NCBI RefSeq assembly: GCF_011386835.1
Contig: NC_088794.1
Coordinates: 65,596,001 to 65,660,000 of the forward strand
Length of the DNA stretch: 64,000 nt
Direction: 5' to 3'
From: Chrysemys picta bellii
Lineage: Eukaryota
The position numbers and the translations under genes were made by a program. Positions 12,791 to 26,099 of the stretch are shown here, in pieces (positions within the stretch are counted from its first letter, which is position 1; the number at the start of each line of letters is the position of its first letter). The notes under the pieces were generated by a model. That model saw only the letters and a list, made by a program, of their open reading frames with translations. It made no database searches and was not told where the DNA came from.

Positions 12791-13619
12791 TCCCCCCATG
12801 GGACTTAAACCTGGTCCTGTCGAGGCTCACAGGGCCTCCCTTCGAGCCGTTAGTATCATGCCCCATACTGCTTCTCTCTTGGATTGTATGTGTGTGTCTA
12901 ACAATGGATTCAGGTAATGTCTATTTAAACAAAAGCTCACTGTTGTAATGTTTTCTTTCTGATATGTACATGACAAGAATTTGTAAACCTGTTAATGCTT
13001 CCTAAATGAATATAATATATATAATATAATATGGATATGGATTTAAGAGCAAAACCATCACCCAGTTTTAAAAAGTTTGGCTTCGGGTTTATGTGAGTGG
13101 AGTGAATTTTAACTACCGTGACCACCAGCAAGGATGGTGAGGTGTGTTCAAAAGTGGTGATCAGTGAAAAAAGTAAATCTGTGTTTGAGAACCTTTTTAT
13201 AGTTAAGTAAGTCTCTTCTCTCACTCACTCTACATTCACTCTACATCTCTTCTTCCAGCATTCTGCTTAGTAGCTGTTTGAGAATATACTAATAAATTAG
13301 CCCATCCCATGATACCCACTGTCAAGGAGTTGGTGGCAAAATGTCGATTGGATGGTGAACGTCCCCAGGGTGGAAGTTGCCAAAATGAATCACTCCAACG
13401 TACATCTCAACTGAATTCCCAAAATGCACGTACATTTTTTTCATTTACCATAGTTTTGATTGAAACAACCGATTTAAGATGCCTGAAAGAAAAAACATAT
13501 TAAAATGTTTAAAGTCATCAAATACTGCATAGTAATAATACATGATGCTGATTAAAGTAATGGAATATAGAATAGTATGGTTCCAATGCTGGTACTGCTT
13601 ATATATGAATGTCTTATAA

Positions 13620-13721
13620 CTAGAGCTGTCAAGCGATTAATCACTTTGTTAAACAATAATAGAATACCATTTATTTAAATATTTTTGGATGTTTTCTACA
13701 TTTACAAATATATTGATTTCA
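13620..13721 (+). mobile_element. hAT element left-end fragment
   Basis: TAGAGCTGTCAAGCGATTAA...AATAGAATACCATTTATTTAAATATTTTTGGATG, resembling a common turtle hAT terminus as I recall it. Confidence 0.55.
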
Positions 13722-16575
13722 AGGGCACATCCCCTTGAGCACAATGCAAATCTTGAAACTTACAAGTGGAAGGACTGTACTTTAATACAAAGTCTATAAT
13801 GGCATCCAACATATTATTGAACTGTTTTTCAGTTTCCTTTTTCATGCTGCTGGTAGCACAAAGCTGAGGCTGTGCTATAGGAAAACTCAGACTTACACTA
13901 GTGGTGCTTGAGTTTCAGATCTAAAGAACTCCTTTGTCTGGACTGCCTCCCTTAACTTTGTTCAGAGAGCTCTTAGACCATCCAAATGAAAATGAGGGCA
14001 CGTGCCTGATTTGGATTGGAACCACAGTGATCTGAGAGGTTTGAAATAAAAGGAGTTGACAGATTTGGGGGTTTCCTGTTGGAATCTAACCTTTAAAAGA
14101 CTCTCTAGAGACTAACACTTTGTCTTTCATTGAACTGAGTCCTCTCATTTTTACCAAAGGACGTGTTATTCTTTAGTTTAAAATGTTAAACTGAGATTCC
14201 ATCTGCCAGTTTCAGAAGTAGGTCAGTATTTGATAACTGTATGTATTAGAATTAGTTTTTGCTAGAATCCTCTCTTGCTCTCCTTCACGAATGTGCTTAC
14301 CATCCCTCCCAATTTTCCTAAGCATGCACATTCCATTGCGGAGAAGAATTTTAGTCTCCTCTATTTTATTTTTTTTAAACTGTCCCCCACGATGGAGGTG
14401 GAGCTTTGTTATGTGTGTTTGGTTTTTGTTTGGTTTCCATCTGCTAAAACAGCTTCCATCCAGTTACAGATATGGGTCCAAACTGGTGTAAACAGTGACA
14501 ATCCCCACTGATTTCAGTGGGAAGTGCACTCACTTATTTCAGGGCTGAATTCTGTGTCTCGCTTCATTGTCCTGAAAAGTGCAATCTGTGATCCTGTGGA
14601 AATCTCTGCAAATGCTTAGAGTATATTCAGAGAACATTTAAATATATTTGGTTTAATTCTCAAGTCTAACACCCAGCTCATTTTCAATGTGGTCCATCAT
14701 TCTGGTATGACATTACTGAAAACCTTCTGATTAAAGCCAGCTCTCTTATGCATACTTTACCTCTGTGACCTATGAGTAGCTTGAAACCATTTGAACTCCC
14801 TCTAAATTGGATTCCCCTGGTTGTGAGTGTTACTGCCTGTCAGTTCTATGTCAGTTGGATGGAAATCTTGCTGCAGAGGATGAAAGTTCATGGCTCAGTA
14901 TTAATCTACTGGGCAAACTACATCTATTGCTTTCAGTTTTCTTGAAATACAGTTTCTGATGACCTCTGACAGGTAAAATGCAATATAGAATGTTCTAATA
15001 TTCATTTTTAGTGGGGATATTTAAAATGTAGCATGTATCACACATGTATGCCAAATAAATACTATGAGAGACAATATTAAGAACACCGAGAAATGGCTAT
15101 TGAAAATGAAGGCCTTATTAATAGAACATGTTTGGGACTATTTCTATGTTATTGTCTTTTTCTCCATACAGAAAACAATGAGCTTTTCTTATAAAGGAGG
15201 CTCTCTCCTGAGAAGCCAGTCCTGGTTCCCTTGATGTCAAGCGAAGCAGGATCGGGCATCCAAATTGGTAAGTGAAAGTGACTCTCAAAAATACCTGGAG
15301 CAGCACTACTTTCAAAAGTGGCAGGATAAGTCACGAGGGTGCTTGTGCAGTGTGTCCTCCACACACACACATGTGAACATTTAATTTAGCATCAACAAAT
15401 GTTTAAAAAGAGAATTTGTACAGAATATTGCAGCCCAGGTGACACAATAATTAACCCAGAAAGGGCCTGATTGCCCTTGTACAACAATTTGGCAGTGTAA
15501 AGGAGCCCTAAACTGGGAGCAAATTACATTTATGCCCCCTTTAAGTCAGTGGAAAGGGACCTACGTGTAAATGAAAATCCATCCATGTCCAGCCCAAAGA
15601 ATAGAACAGGTGTGGGTTTGTAAACCTAAGGCTCAATCCTACATCCGTTTAAGTCTATGTTAAAATTCCTGCTGATTTCAGTGGGAGCAAGGTCTGGCCC
15701 TTGATTACTATCTTATTCATTGAAAGATGGGCAGCAGATCCTGCATTCCTTGCACACTCAAAATTGCATTTGAAGTCAATGGATTTGGAATCAAGAGGAT
15801 TGATCTCTAACTGCTTATATTGGCAAAACCAGTGTCACTTAATACAAATAATGCTCCTAAAGTACGAAGCATGGATCAAATTCATCCTTGGCATAGCAGG
15901 GTTTCAGTCCTATTGAAGTCAACTGGAAGAAGTGACACTTCTGCCAGGGCTGAGTAGAGCCCTGTGTGCATAGAGAACTTCAGATATCAACACCATGTGA
16001 ACATAGAAAGCTTAAAGCAAAAGACCTATTAATCTAAACACCATTATGTTTAGCTTCTTATACTCTTCACCTCTTTAAAAGGTTTTTCCTTTTAAAAAAC
16101 ATGACAATTCTGACAAACCAGACAGAATACCACATCTGGCAAACCCTTGCCATGCTGCCATTTGGTTTCTCTCAGACACTGCCAACAATAAATGAATAAA
16201 CATTTTTTTTAAAAATGATGAGATATAATGTTGATATAAATAAGGGTGGGTGTAATTCCAGATGTTGACTATGTGATCATTCCTTGTACAGGACAGGAGC
16301 ATATTTTCCCACGAGTTCTGTGTTTGAATCCAGACTGTACTTATGCACTCATTGTGACATTTTTTTCCTGTGAGCCACATGCAAAAGTAAAGTTGTGAAC
16401 TCATATTATTAACAAGTGCAGAAGAATTACAGTCCAAAACAGGGGGGAAGGGGCTCTTCTCTATCAATAGCTCTAATGCTGCAGTTGAATCTAAGGCAGT
16501 GGAACCGCTCATGGGTGCAGAGGTCCTTCTGTGTAGCTCTGATTGATGGGCTGGGGCCTAGTGTGTTAAGTCCTT

Positions 16576-16708
16576 GGCTCTGAGACCAGAAGGCAAATAA
16601 AAATAATGTAAACATTTTTGTTTTTAAAATGTCATGATTTTTTAAGCCAAGCTCATGATTTTGGGAGGCCTGTTTCATGATTTTTTAATGCTTGGGTTTG
16701 GCAATACT
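16576..16708 (-). mobile_element. hAT-like MITE end fragment
   Basis: Ends TTTGGCAATACTG with TCATGA repeats; related to the element at 55108-55835. Confidence 0.5.
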
Positions 16709-17441
16709 GAGCTGATGCAACATTAGTGTTATGAACTGTCAAGCCTAGTGCAAAAAAAAGTGATACAAAAGTGCAGAGGATAGATGCATGTTTTAGAATG
16801 TCTTACAGTATGTCTAACATGTATTTGGCCTACTAGGGAGCTTCCCAAATTCTGAATCAAAATTAGCAAAGAGTACATTGGATTGATAGTGGTGATCTTG
16901 TCCTTCATTTCTCTTTTGTTCTGATTGTTGACTTGGGATAGAGAAACCCCAAGCATGAAGAGATAACCTGCCTTAAGTACTAAATGCTGCATTTTCTGAT
17001 AGTACTGACAAGTTTCAGCTTACAATGTACTTTGTATGTTAATAAACTGGGAATAAGAAAAATTATTTAATTCATACAGGATGGAAAATAGAGTAGTAGG
17101 TTTAAATGTATTTGTTGCTTATACAGCACCTGGCTTAGAATAATGTGTGCTTAAGAAAAAGTTCCCAATATACAGTGTAGTACAGACATTTCTACATCTG
17201 ATAAGTCACAAATAAAAGATCTGATCAGCGGAAACCCAGAGCATCTACAACTTCCGATGTTATCAGTGACAACTGGCATTTCCGCATTTCCATGAGGAAC
17301 GCACAGATATTGCTTGCAGACTTAAGTGGGATGAAGGGGACTCCTCTCTCGCTTCAATGTAAAATATGGCTGTAGTCAAAGAGACAAAGGTACACATATA
17401 CTCCAAGATTTTTCCTAATTTGACATTGTTACTTTTTTCTA

Positions 17442-17517
17442 AAGAGACCAGATGGGTGAGGTAATATCTTTTATTGGGCCAACTTCTGTTGGTGAGAGAG
17501 ACAAGCTTTCGAAGGTC
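17442..17517. mobile_element. Penelope-like family 2 fragment (hammerhead-like motif with internal deletion)
   Basis: GAGACCAGATGGGTGAGGTAATATCTTTTATTGG...GAGACAAGCTTTCGA|AGGTC. Same family as 47945-48130. Confidence 0.6.
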
Positions 17518-20500
17518 AGCAGTTAGTTCATAGTGGTGAAGAGACTGATTTTCAGGCCACTGATATATCCGGCATCTATTTTCCACTCTTACCTCTAGGG
17601 ATAGGCTCCAGTTGGAGCAGGATACCAATCTCCACCTCAAACTCTGGGACAATTTGGATTTGGCTCCAAACATTGCAGATTTGGCCTGTGTGTAAAGTGG
17701 GCCCAAACTAGAATCCAAAATGCAAACACCTCTACACTTGCAGAAAGTTGTGATCTGAATGTGGATCCTATCATTGCTGTTCAGCCCGGCTCTATTTTTT
17801 TTTCTTTGCCTCCTTCCTTATCTTTTTCACTCTGTTTTTCCTACTCTCTTTATTTTATTCTCACTCTCCTTTCTTTTTTCCATAGGTGAGAGGCTTTCCA
17901 GACTACTGTGATCAGTGACAGACATCTCAATGGACAGTTCCTTGTGACTACTGGGGTTTTACAAAGAGACAGTGTGGTTCTGCTTCTCTCAGCCACTTGC
18001 TTTCAGACTATGGCATGTGCAAGTCTGAAAGCAAAACTGGAATCAACATGAATCCTAGACAAACTAAAAGATACCTTGGTAAAATTCTAAATGATCTTGA
18101 TTTTTATAGACTGCTTCTGCTTTGGATGGCAGATTTTACAATGAAAGCATTGTTTTGAATTCTCAGTAATAACACTATTAAATACGACCTATGGGGTCAA
18201 TATGTCTGAAAAACAAAATTATACAGAAAGGTTCCTGAAATTCAGAGTTCGGTCTGAACGGTGAATTGGCAGAGAAAAAATGACTTTTAATACCTTGGTT
18301 TTGAGATTTCCTCCCATGTAAAGATGACATCAAAAGCCCAGAAACTCATGCCTGGATTGCTTTTAGAAGCCTGTATGTATTGCCTGGAAATCCTCTCAAG
18401 ATTCCACTCATTCTTTTTTCTAATAAGCCTCCTATCTTTCCACCCTTTTATAGGAAGACATCTTCAAGCTGTTTATTAACACAAGTTGTACTCAAGCCCA
18501 TTGACAATTATTTTATATAAAACTGTGTGATGAAATTTCTCAAATTGAACTTTAAAACACAGTACAAAACTTGCTTGTGGCATTGTTTGTTTAACCACTT
18601 ACAAATCTTCTTTAATTCATACTATCTACACCTCACATTGGTGTTGTGGGGAGTAATTAATGTTTATACAGTGCTTTGAAATTGTAATGAAAAGAAAAAA
18701 GTGCTAACTATTGTAAATGATTATTTTGATATTAGTATTTTTCTTTCATACATAAATAAAATCTTGATGCCGTTTTAATCAAACTCTTGATATTAATTTT
18801 TAACCTATTCTAGCGTTTTCTCCCCCTGCCCCATTACTTCCTGACTATTGTTCAGCTCTGAGAGTATGCTGCTAAATGGCAGCAGGAATAACATACATAG
18901 CTTGCAGTCTATCATCTGCATTCCCTTTGCATTAGGTGTAACACTGGCATGAAAATCAGAGCCCCAGCTCCAATTTTTCCAGCTGTCTCTGTCTCCCTGT
19001 GATCTTTTGGTATAAATTTTCTGGCATGTCTTTGAATATACAGGCTTACACCCCTTGATTGTACCTAGGCATGTCGCCAGCTTAAAACATGGATAAATCT
19101 GAACAGAATCATTGACTATTTTGAACATCAGTAATTGTAGTGAGGTTAGTGACATAGTTGAGCCCTAAAAAAACAAAACAGAAAAACAAACAAAAAATCA
19201 GAATGTCTTTTTTTTTCAAATTTATATATGGTTTAGGTCTGTTTAGATTTCATTCAGATGTAGGAATATCAGAATTTCCTCAGTGTAGTCTTCAAGTTGT
19301 CTTTATGAAGTCCCTTAACTCCTTCATGAATTGCTAACTTTTAAGCAATTTGTGCCATCTTACTTCTGAGGTTACATTCTTTCTCTTTTTAAATTCTGTA
19401 ATATATGTTCTATTTTGGTCTCTTTCTGTTCCCGTGAGGGCTTGAGCTATAGCCAGGATTTACGCTGGCCACTGCAAACTGTTCTGAGTAGGCACATGGC
19501 TAGCGTAGACAGGCTACAGTGCCAGGACCAAACATGACATTCCTTGTGAAAAGCCTGTGCCAAGCTGTAGGTCTGAACAGTTTAGGGGAGACATGATGTC
19601 ACTGTCTACCTAATGTTAATTTGGACAGTATTTTTGTTGTATTTTTAGGTGTTGGTTTCAAAAATAACAATAAAAAAATGATCACCTACATTTCCTTAAT
19701 TTTTTAGTATACTATGTGGTTGCACAGCTCTTGCCCTGCATTTCTCATGTACTGGTAGTATTTCTGTTTCATTATTTTTCAAGCACTGTTTGATTACACT
19801 GATTTAGCAGTTTCTCACAGTTCACTGCTTCAGTTTTCATCAAATTATACTTCTAGTTACACTAGACACTTTCATCATCAATTTCCATATGCCTCAAAGA
19901 CATGTAGGGACCAGTTTGCCAACACTGAACTCAAATGCTAGACAATAACTAGAGTAGAATAGTTTCCTCATAGAATGTCTGAGACAAAGGGCTTAGAACT
20001 CCACAATTCTTCCTTGTAGCAGGCTGTTTCTGCTTCTATATGCCCAAAATCTAGACACAGATAACTGCTAGAGAATATTCATTTTAGTGTCAAATCTAAG
20101 TGTAAAAATGAGCATTAGCCAGAGATTAATCTTACTGTAGTGTAGGAACCTTTCCCAATTCTTCATAGGAACCTACTTTCCATGAAGGTTCACTTCATGT
20201 GAATTAAACCTTAGTTCTCTCTCCACAGGATAGAAGCATCATAAGCAGCCTACACCATATTTTCTATATAACAATTGAAATGTTTATTGTATGTATATTA
20301 TAGTAAGTATGATGTTTCATATTTATAATGATTATGATTTCTGCCTTCAGGATCTAAGCTATTTGAAGCTTCAGATCATTGGTGCTACTGGCAAAATTCA
20401 GGAACACTAAGAGCCAAGAATTGTGGGACTATAAAAAATGACCATGGAAAGACTTCTCTTTCTTTTTCTCTTCATTAGAGCTTGTTCATTTTGTTTATGG

Positions 20501-21337
20501 CTAAAATTAAGACCAATAACTGTATGGAGAACAATTGGGAGATATTTCCACATTCTGATACTTACTCCCTTAGAAAACTTTTAGTGATATTCACTCTACA
20601 ATTTCATTTTCTTTAAAGGGAGCCCTGCACATGAGCAGAATTTGTCCCATAAACTAGAACTGAATGTAAAAATGCTGGAGACTGTCAGTCATGCATCCAT
20701 CAAAAACATAAAGTTCATTATGCAAAGCATAAAATGAAGCAATGATGCCCACATATCTGAATGTAACAGAGGTTAATCCTGACTATCTGTTGACAATGAT
20801 TGTCATCAATAAGTTGTTTTTCTAGTGTAGACTGGACTTAACTCTGAAAGGGAATATCCCTTAAAATAATCTTCAGGACTGTTACAAAACAAAAGCACTG
20901 TGAGTTAATCTGTATGGCAGATTTTGCAATTGTTCCATATGTGGAACTCCCACTGATGTCAAGGGAAGTTTCACATATGAAATGAGTGCAATATGTGCAA
21001 TGGAGAGCCACATCGAGAAGAGAATTTTACTCTAACGGTAGGAATGTTGGTTCAGTAAGTCTTTCTTTTACTTAGTGCACATAGCGTAATATGAACTGTC
21101 TTCATCTATGCTTGACTTCTCTTACTAAAATCAGAAAGACATAGCCAGAGTAGGAGCATGAGACGGAAGCCCCCTGAGTTGGTTGTGGCTTCCCAAGACT
21201 CTGATCATTTTTGAGTGGAAATGTAATGTGATTAGAAGGTTTTAGTCAGTACAGTATGCCTCTCTGCACTGGCTCATGTTCAGGGCTGCTTCTTGGTTGA
21301 ATAATCTACATGATGAAGAGGGAGGGGACTGTTGCAT

Positions 21338-21350
21338 AGGTCAAAGGTCA
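21338..21350 (+). promoter_or_regulatory. Perfect DR1 nuclear-receptor element (AGGTCA-A-AGGTCA)
   Basis: Exact AGGTCAAAGGTCA in non-repeat sequence about 5 kb upstream of the promoter region. Function not shown. Confidence 0.35.
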
Positions 21351-22779
21351 AGCACTATTGATGTTCATGATAATGATCTTTGTTGTATGAGTGTGCACTT
21401 GATTTCTGTCAAAACCTAGAGTACTGAAACTTTCCCCTACAGTAGGTATGTATGTTAGCTGTGAGAGTGGCTGGGCTGCAGCCACAAAAAGGTGAAATTA
21501 CTGTTATGATATATTGGCTCTGTTGCTGCCTGTATTGCAGCAAAGTCAACCCTTTTGAGCATCCTTAATCCTCCCACTTTACATCGGCAAATAAGTGGTC
21601 CTTTGAGAGAACTGATTTAGTGAACAGTGTATACATCTGTCATCTACTTAACAGATAACTGATACAGAACAAGCAGGAAGTTTGGACACCCAACATTACT
21701 TTTAAGCAGGATTCTTTTGCCTTTTGTGTTCAAGACCTGAAAGTGAACTGCCACAGATTGTTGACCAGAAGGCAACCTCCAAACATCTTTCCTCCAGTCA
21801 TGGTCCGTCTTTCCCACATTTCACTAGGTTTCACTGTCTGTGGACCCTAAGTGCTCCTGATGTAATGTTTGTCCCATAACTACCATGTGTGAATCAACGT
21901 TAACATTTTTACAGTACATGTGTATTTATAAAACTGAAGTAACTATACACCCAGTTTACCAAGGAGTTATAAATCACTCTGATTTCCTTTGTATTTTTAA
22001 AAATAGTACTCAGCAGAATATGCAGAAGACCAAAAATTCGCTGCAATAATTTCTTATCTGGGTGCATTTACGGGTAGATACACTTCTGAAAATTTCAAAT
22101 GTAAGTGATTAATCCACAGATTTTTACATTGCTTTATTATTTTTACAGAGAACAAGTGGGAATATTCCAATTAACTAATTTAATTTAATAGGAGCAAGAC
22201 AGCAGATGACCATTATCTTGTGACAAAGTTCTGGTCCAATGAATGTAAAAAGAATGCCCAGAGGAAACTGGTGATATTTCCTTTGGTAGCCTTACCGATG
22301 CTCTATCAGCATTACAATGATATATCCCTCCCTGACTGAGGATGCTGATAGCACATATGAGAGTCACATCCCTATGAGAATTGTCCCCTTCTCAGAATCC
22401 TGGACTGCTTAAATGGACAGAGAGAAAGATGGTCCTTGTGTCCTTCCCTAAGATGCAGTGTTTGCTGGAATGTTCAACAGCTTAGTTTCTGGAGCTTGTT
22501 TTTGTGAGAGGGGGGAAATCAAATAAAGCTACAGACCAGAAGAAACGATAGAGGAATGAGATTACAAAACCCTAAACCTTGGACACAAGGTAGCATTCAT
22601 TTTTTCATGGTTCAGTTAGCTGCTGTTTCTTCTTGTTCTATTTATTTTCTTAGTTGAAAGCACTTTTAAGAGCTATAAGAAGAGCTTTCTAGCTAGTCTG
22701 GATAGCTTGTAGTCTGAACCCTCTGACTTCTGACCTTATTCTGTATGTACTAATTGTATTCATATAGTCAACGAAATTG

Positions 22780-23036
22780 CTGGGGTCGGCTCCCGGCATC
22801 AGCGCAGGAAGCAGGTGCTTGGGGCGGCCAATGGGAAGGGGCCGCACGTCCAGGTCTTCTGCGGCAATTTGGTGGCGGGTCCCTCAGTCCCTCTCAGAGG
22901 GAAGGACTGGCCGCTGAATTCCCACCGAAGAATGAAGCGGCGTGGTAGAAGTGCGCTGATCGTGGCTTTTTTTCTTTTCTTTTCTTTTCTTTTTTCTTCG
23001 CCGCTTGGGGCAGCAAAAAACCTAGAGCCAGCCCTG
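22780..23036. mobile_element. GC-rich hAT MITE (related to 2033-2325, opposite orientation)
   Basis: Ends CTGGGGTCGGCTCC ... GAGCCAGCCCTG; shares the GGGGCGGC / GCCGCTGAATT internal motifs. Confidence 0.75.
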
Positions 23037-23402
23037 CAAACTGCCTATCCAATATGCACATTTTCAGGCTATAAAATGTGGAAAAAACAAAACCCAGTAG
23101 AGATCTTCCTAGATCTAACATTAGATCTTCTCTCTCAGATGTGATGACTGATCCAATGTGTTAGTGTTTGCTTTAAGTGTCTTCTCTTCCCCAATTACTT
23201 AAAAATATATCCGTTTTACCAGATGTGTGGGCCTGTATCCACTGTAATCCATGGCCAAATCCCACTGACCTCTGTGTGAATGTGATCAGACCATTGGTCT
23301 TTGTTGTAGAGTTCTACTTGTAGAGTTCTTACTTGAATATGTTGCTACTAATTAATGATCACTTGGGGACAACCAGATTCCCAGATCATACCTTTCTTCA
23401 AG

Positions 23403-23458
23403 CAAAAAGAAGAACAGGAGTACTTGTGGCACCTTAGAGACTAACAAATTTATTAGCA
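23403..23458. mobile_element. Penelope-like fragment
   Basis: GCAAAAAGAAGAACAGGAGTACTTGTGGCACCTTAGAGACTAACAAATTTATTAG, near-identical to the other copies. Confidence 0.7.
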
Positions 23459-24984
23459 AGAATCCTTAACTCTCTAACCTTAAGATGTCAGAACGTTGTA
23501 AACACTAAAGCAATACAGAATGTACAGAGTATCTCTTTAGTGTTGCATCCAAACCAGAAGAAACTTTCAGTCACACTGGGTAGCACTTTACTGCAGAAGT
23601 AGTCCCATTGAAATAAATGGCGCTGTTCATGGAGTAAGGCACTGAGTAAGGATGGCATAATCTGACCCATAGATTGTATGCTCTTTGGGGCAGGAATTGT
23701 GTAATTGTGTATGTCTATCCAGTACTGCAAACACATACCAGTACTATGATTTAAGTCAGAGTCTGAGAACTCATTTCTTTCTTTCCTTATGGAAGATGTG
23801 CAAAACTTTTCTTTGTTTCGGAAAACCATCCTTAAAGAAAGACTTTAAAAATGCTTTTCTTGTACAGTTTCACAGATGATTTGGAGAGACTTTCCAAAGT
23901 GACTGATGGAGTTAGGTGCACAAGTCCATTGACTTTCATTGGGGGTTGTGTCCCTAACTTCCTTGTGCACTTCTGAAAATCCTACCCTCCTTTCTTCTGT
24001 TTGCCAGAGATAAAATACAGTGGTATTAAGCAGTGGAACTGCGATGGGATGACAAGGGGAGCTTCTATAGCACCTATTTATTTTACAAAATAATGAAATC
24101 TGTAATGAAACTTTTAATAGGCATCAGCCTAGTCCGTGTATTTCTTGTAGTTCATTTTAAATTAATATAAGTGTAAAAAAAGTGTCTAGGGTCAAAAAAC
24201 ATGGTTACGTAGATCTTTTTTCCCATTAGAACTAGGAAGCATTTATGTAAACAAAAGCTGTTTGTTAGAACCCGAAGAACATTTTTAATTTCATCCAACC
24301 AGAAAATCAAACCTGTGGCAATCACAACAAACCACTTGTTTACTTTTTCTATTCCCAAATGTATATCCTTAGATAATCTCATCAACATTTGTATTAAGAA
24401 ATCAAAATCCCCAGTCGAAATAAAGACAGACTTTCACAGTTTTTCTATTCTTGCTTATCTTGCATTCTTGTATTTAATTTTTTTCAGGAACTTAACACTT
24501 CTTTATCAATTAAGGAAGAAAGGCGGGAAAACAAAATAAGAAGTTGTATTCCAAAAACCACCTTAATCAATTTAAGAAGATTTGCTCTGCTGGAACAACC
24601 TCAGGACCACATCTATTCCTGTTTCACATCCTTCCAGAGTAGCCACTGATCTCTGGTGCCCTCATTTTTAACCAGTGATCACTTAAGAACGTTTTGGCCC
24701 CAATTCCTTCCTCCTTCCTTGCAGTGTCAACTTGACTAACGATTACTCAAAAAGTCTTGCCACTCCTCTGTGCATATAAGAGAATTGCCTAGGAGGCCCA
24801 GAATTGTTAGAAATTAATTCCTTTATTAAAAGAATTTGGGGTCCAATGGGTCCCCATTTGACTGGAAATGTTGCATTTCTCAGAAACATTTTCAGAATGG
24901 TGATCCAGATGACTGGGTAATGACTTAGCACTTATAGACTGAAATGTGTGGGTGGAAGCAAAGTGATCTGCAAGTTGAGTAAAT

Positions 24985-25090
24985 ATATGCCCTCAATTTA
25001 CAAATGAGGAAACTGAGGAACAAAGAAGTGCCCAAGGTGAGGCAAATCAGTGAGAGAGCCAGGAATAGACAGCACCTGTCTCTTCTGATT
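24985..25090 (-). mobile_element. MIR fragment
   Basis: CCCTCAATTTACAAATGAGGAAACTGAGG...GTGCCCAAGGT, the reverse CORE motif. Confidence 0.7.
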
Positions 25091-26099
25091 CTCAGTCCTG
25101 TGCCCTATCCAAATACCTCAGGGCAATATTTTTTCCAGTGGTGGAATATATTTCTCTGAAGTTCAGTACTTTAAATGCCTTTATTTGGTGAGAAGGAAGA
25201 CTCACTTGTTTGAGGACCATTTTAGCCAAAACAAATGAAATCTCTTTGGGGCCTTACAATGATCACCCTAAAATAAGCCCAGAAGGGCCTTATGACCAGC
25301 CTTGAAAAAACTCCTGCGACTCAATATGTTTTAGGCTGCTAAGTGGGATAACTGTTTATTTGTTGCATATGTACACTGCTACCTTTGCTCTCATACTGGA
25401 TTTCTACCTGATGATAGTCTAGATCTGTGAGGCTATCTTCAACAAGAAATTTAGGTCTGGTTGCCATGCATATCCTAAGGCTGGCCAAAATCAGCAGTAC
25501 TTTTAAATGCATAGGACCCTACTGGGCATCATTCTTCAGGGTCAGATAGAAATAGTTTTATCAGCCTGATTTTCTGGGTTTTCTTTGACATTTCTCTCCC
25601 CCCTTTGCCCCTACTTGTATGTTTTTAGAAGTCTTTTCTTCCATTTGTTGTCTTCAGAGAAAAAGAACAAACAGTTCCAGTGTTTACTTTGCTTCTGATG
25701 TGACTGTTGATACAATTACTATAGGCTTCTTAGGAGGACAGCGAGGGGGAAAGAAAAATCCCAACAAACTACTAAAAAAAACCATGTTTATTATGCTTTC
25801 TTCTGGGCACTGAGGTTAATTCTTGCTATAGAACAATTAACACATTTCAACCAGCTATTGTATTTGTACCTCCTGCATTACAGAAAATGTGCTTTTCACA
25901 AGGGAAAGCAGAAGTGCAGAAATCTGGGGAGACAGGTTTTTGTTTTGTTTTGATCATAAAGTATGCCTACTTTGTTCTCACCTAGCCCCAGCTGAGGGCT
26001 TTTCCCCCTTCAGGACTGGGGAGGTGTTACAATGCAGGTTTGTTTGTGTGCTCCCTTATCCGAAAAGTCTCCTGAATTTCCTGCCTTTTATTATTATTT

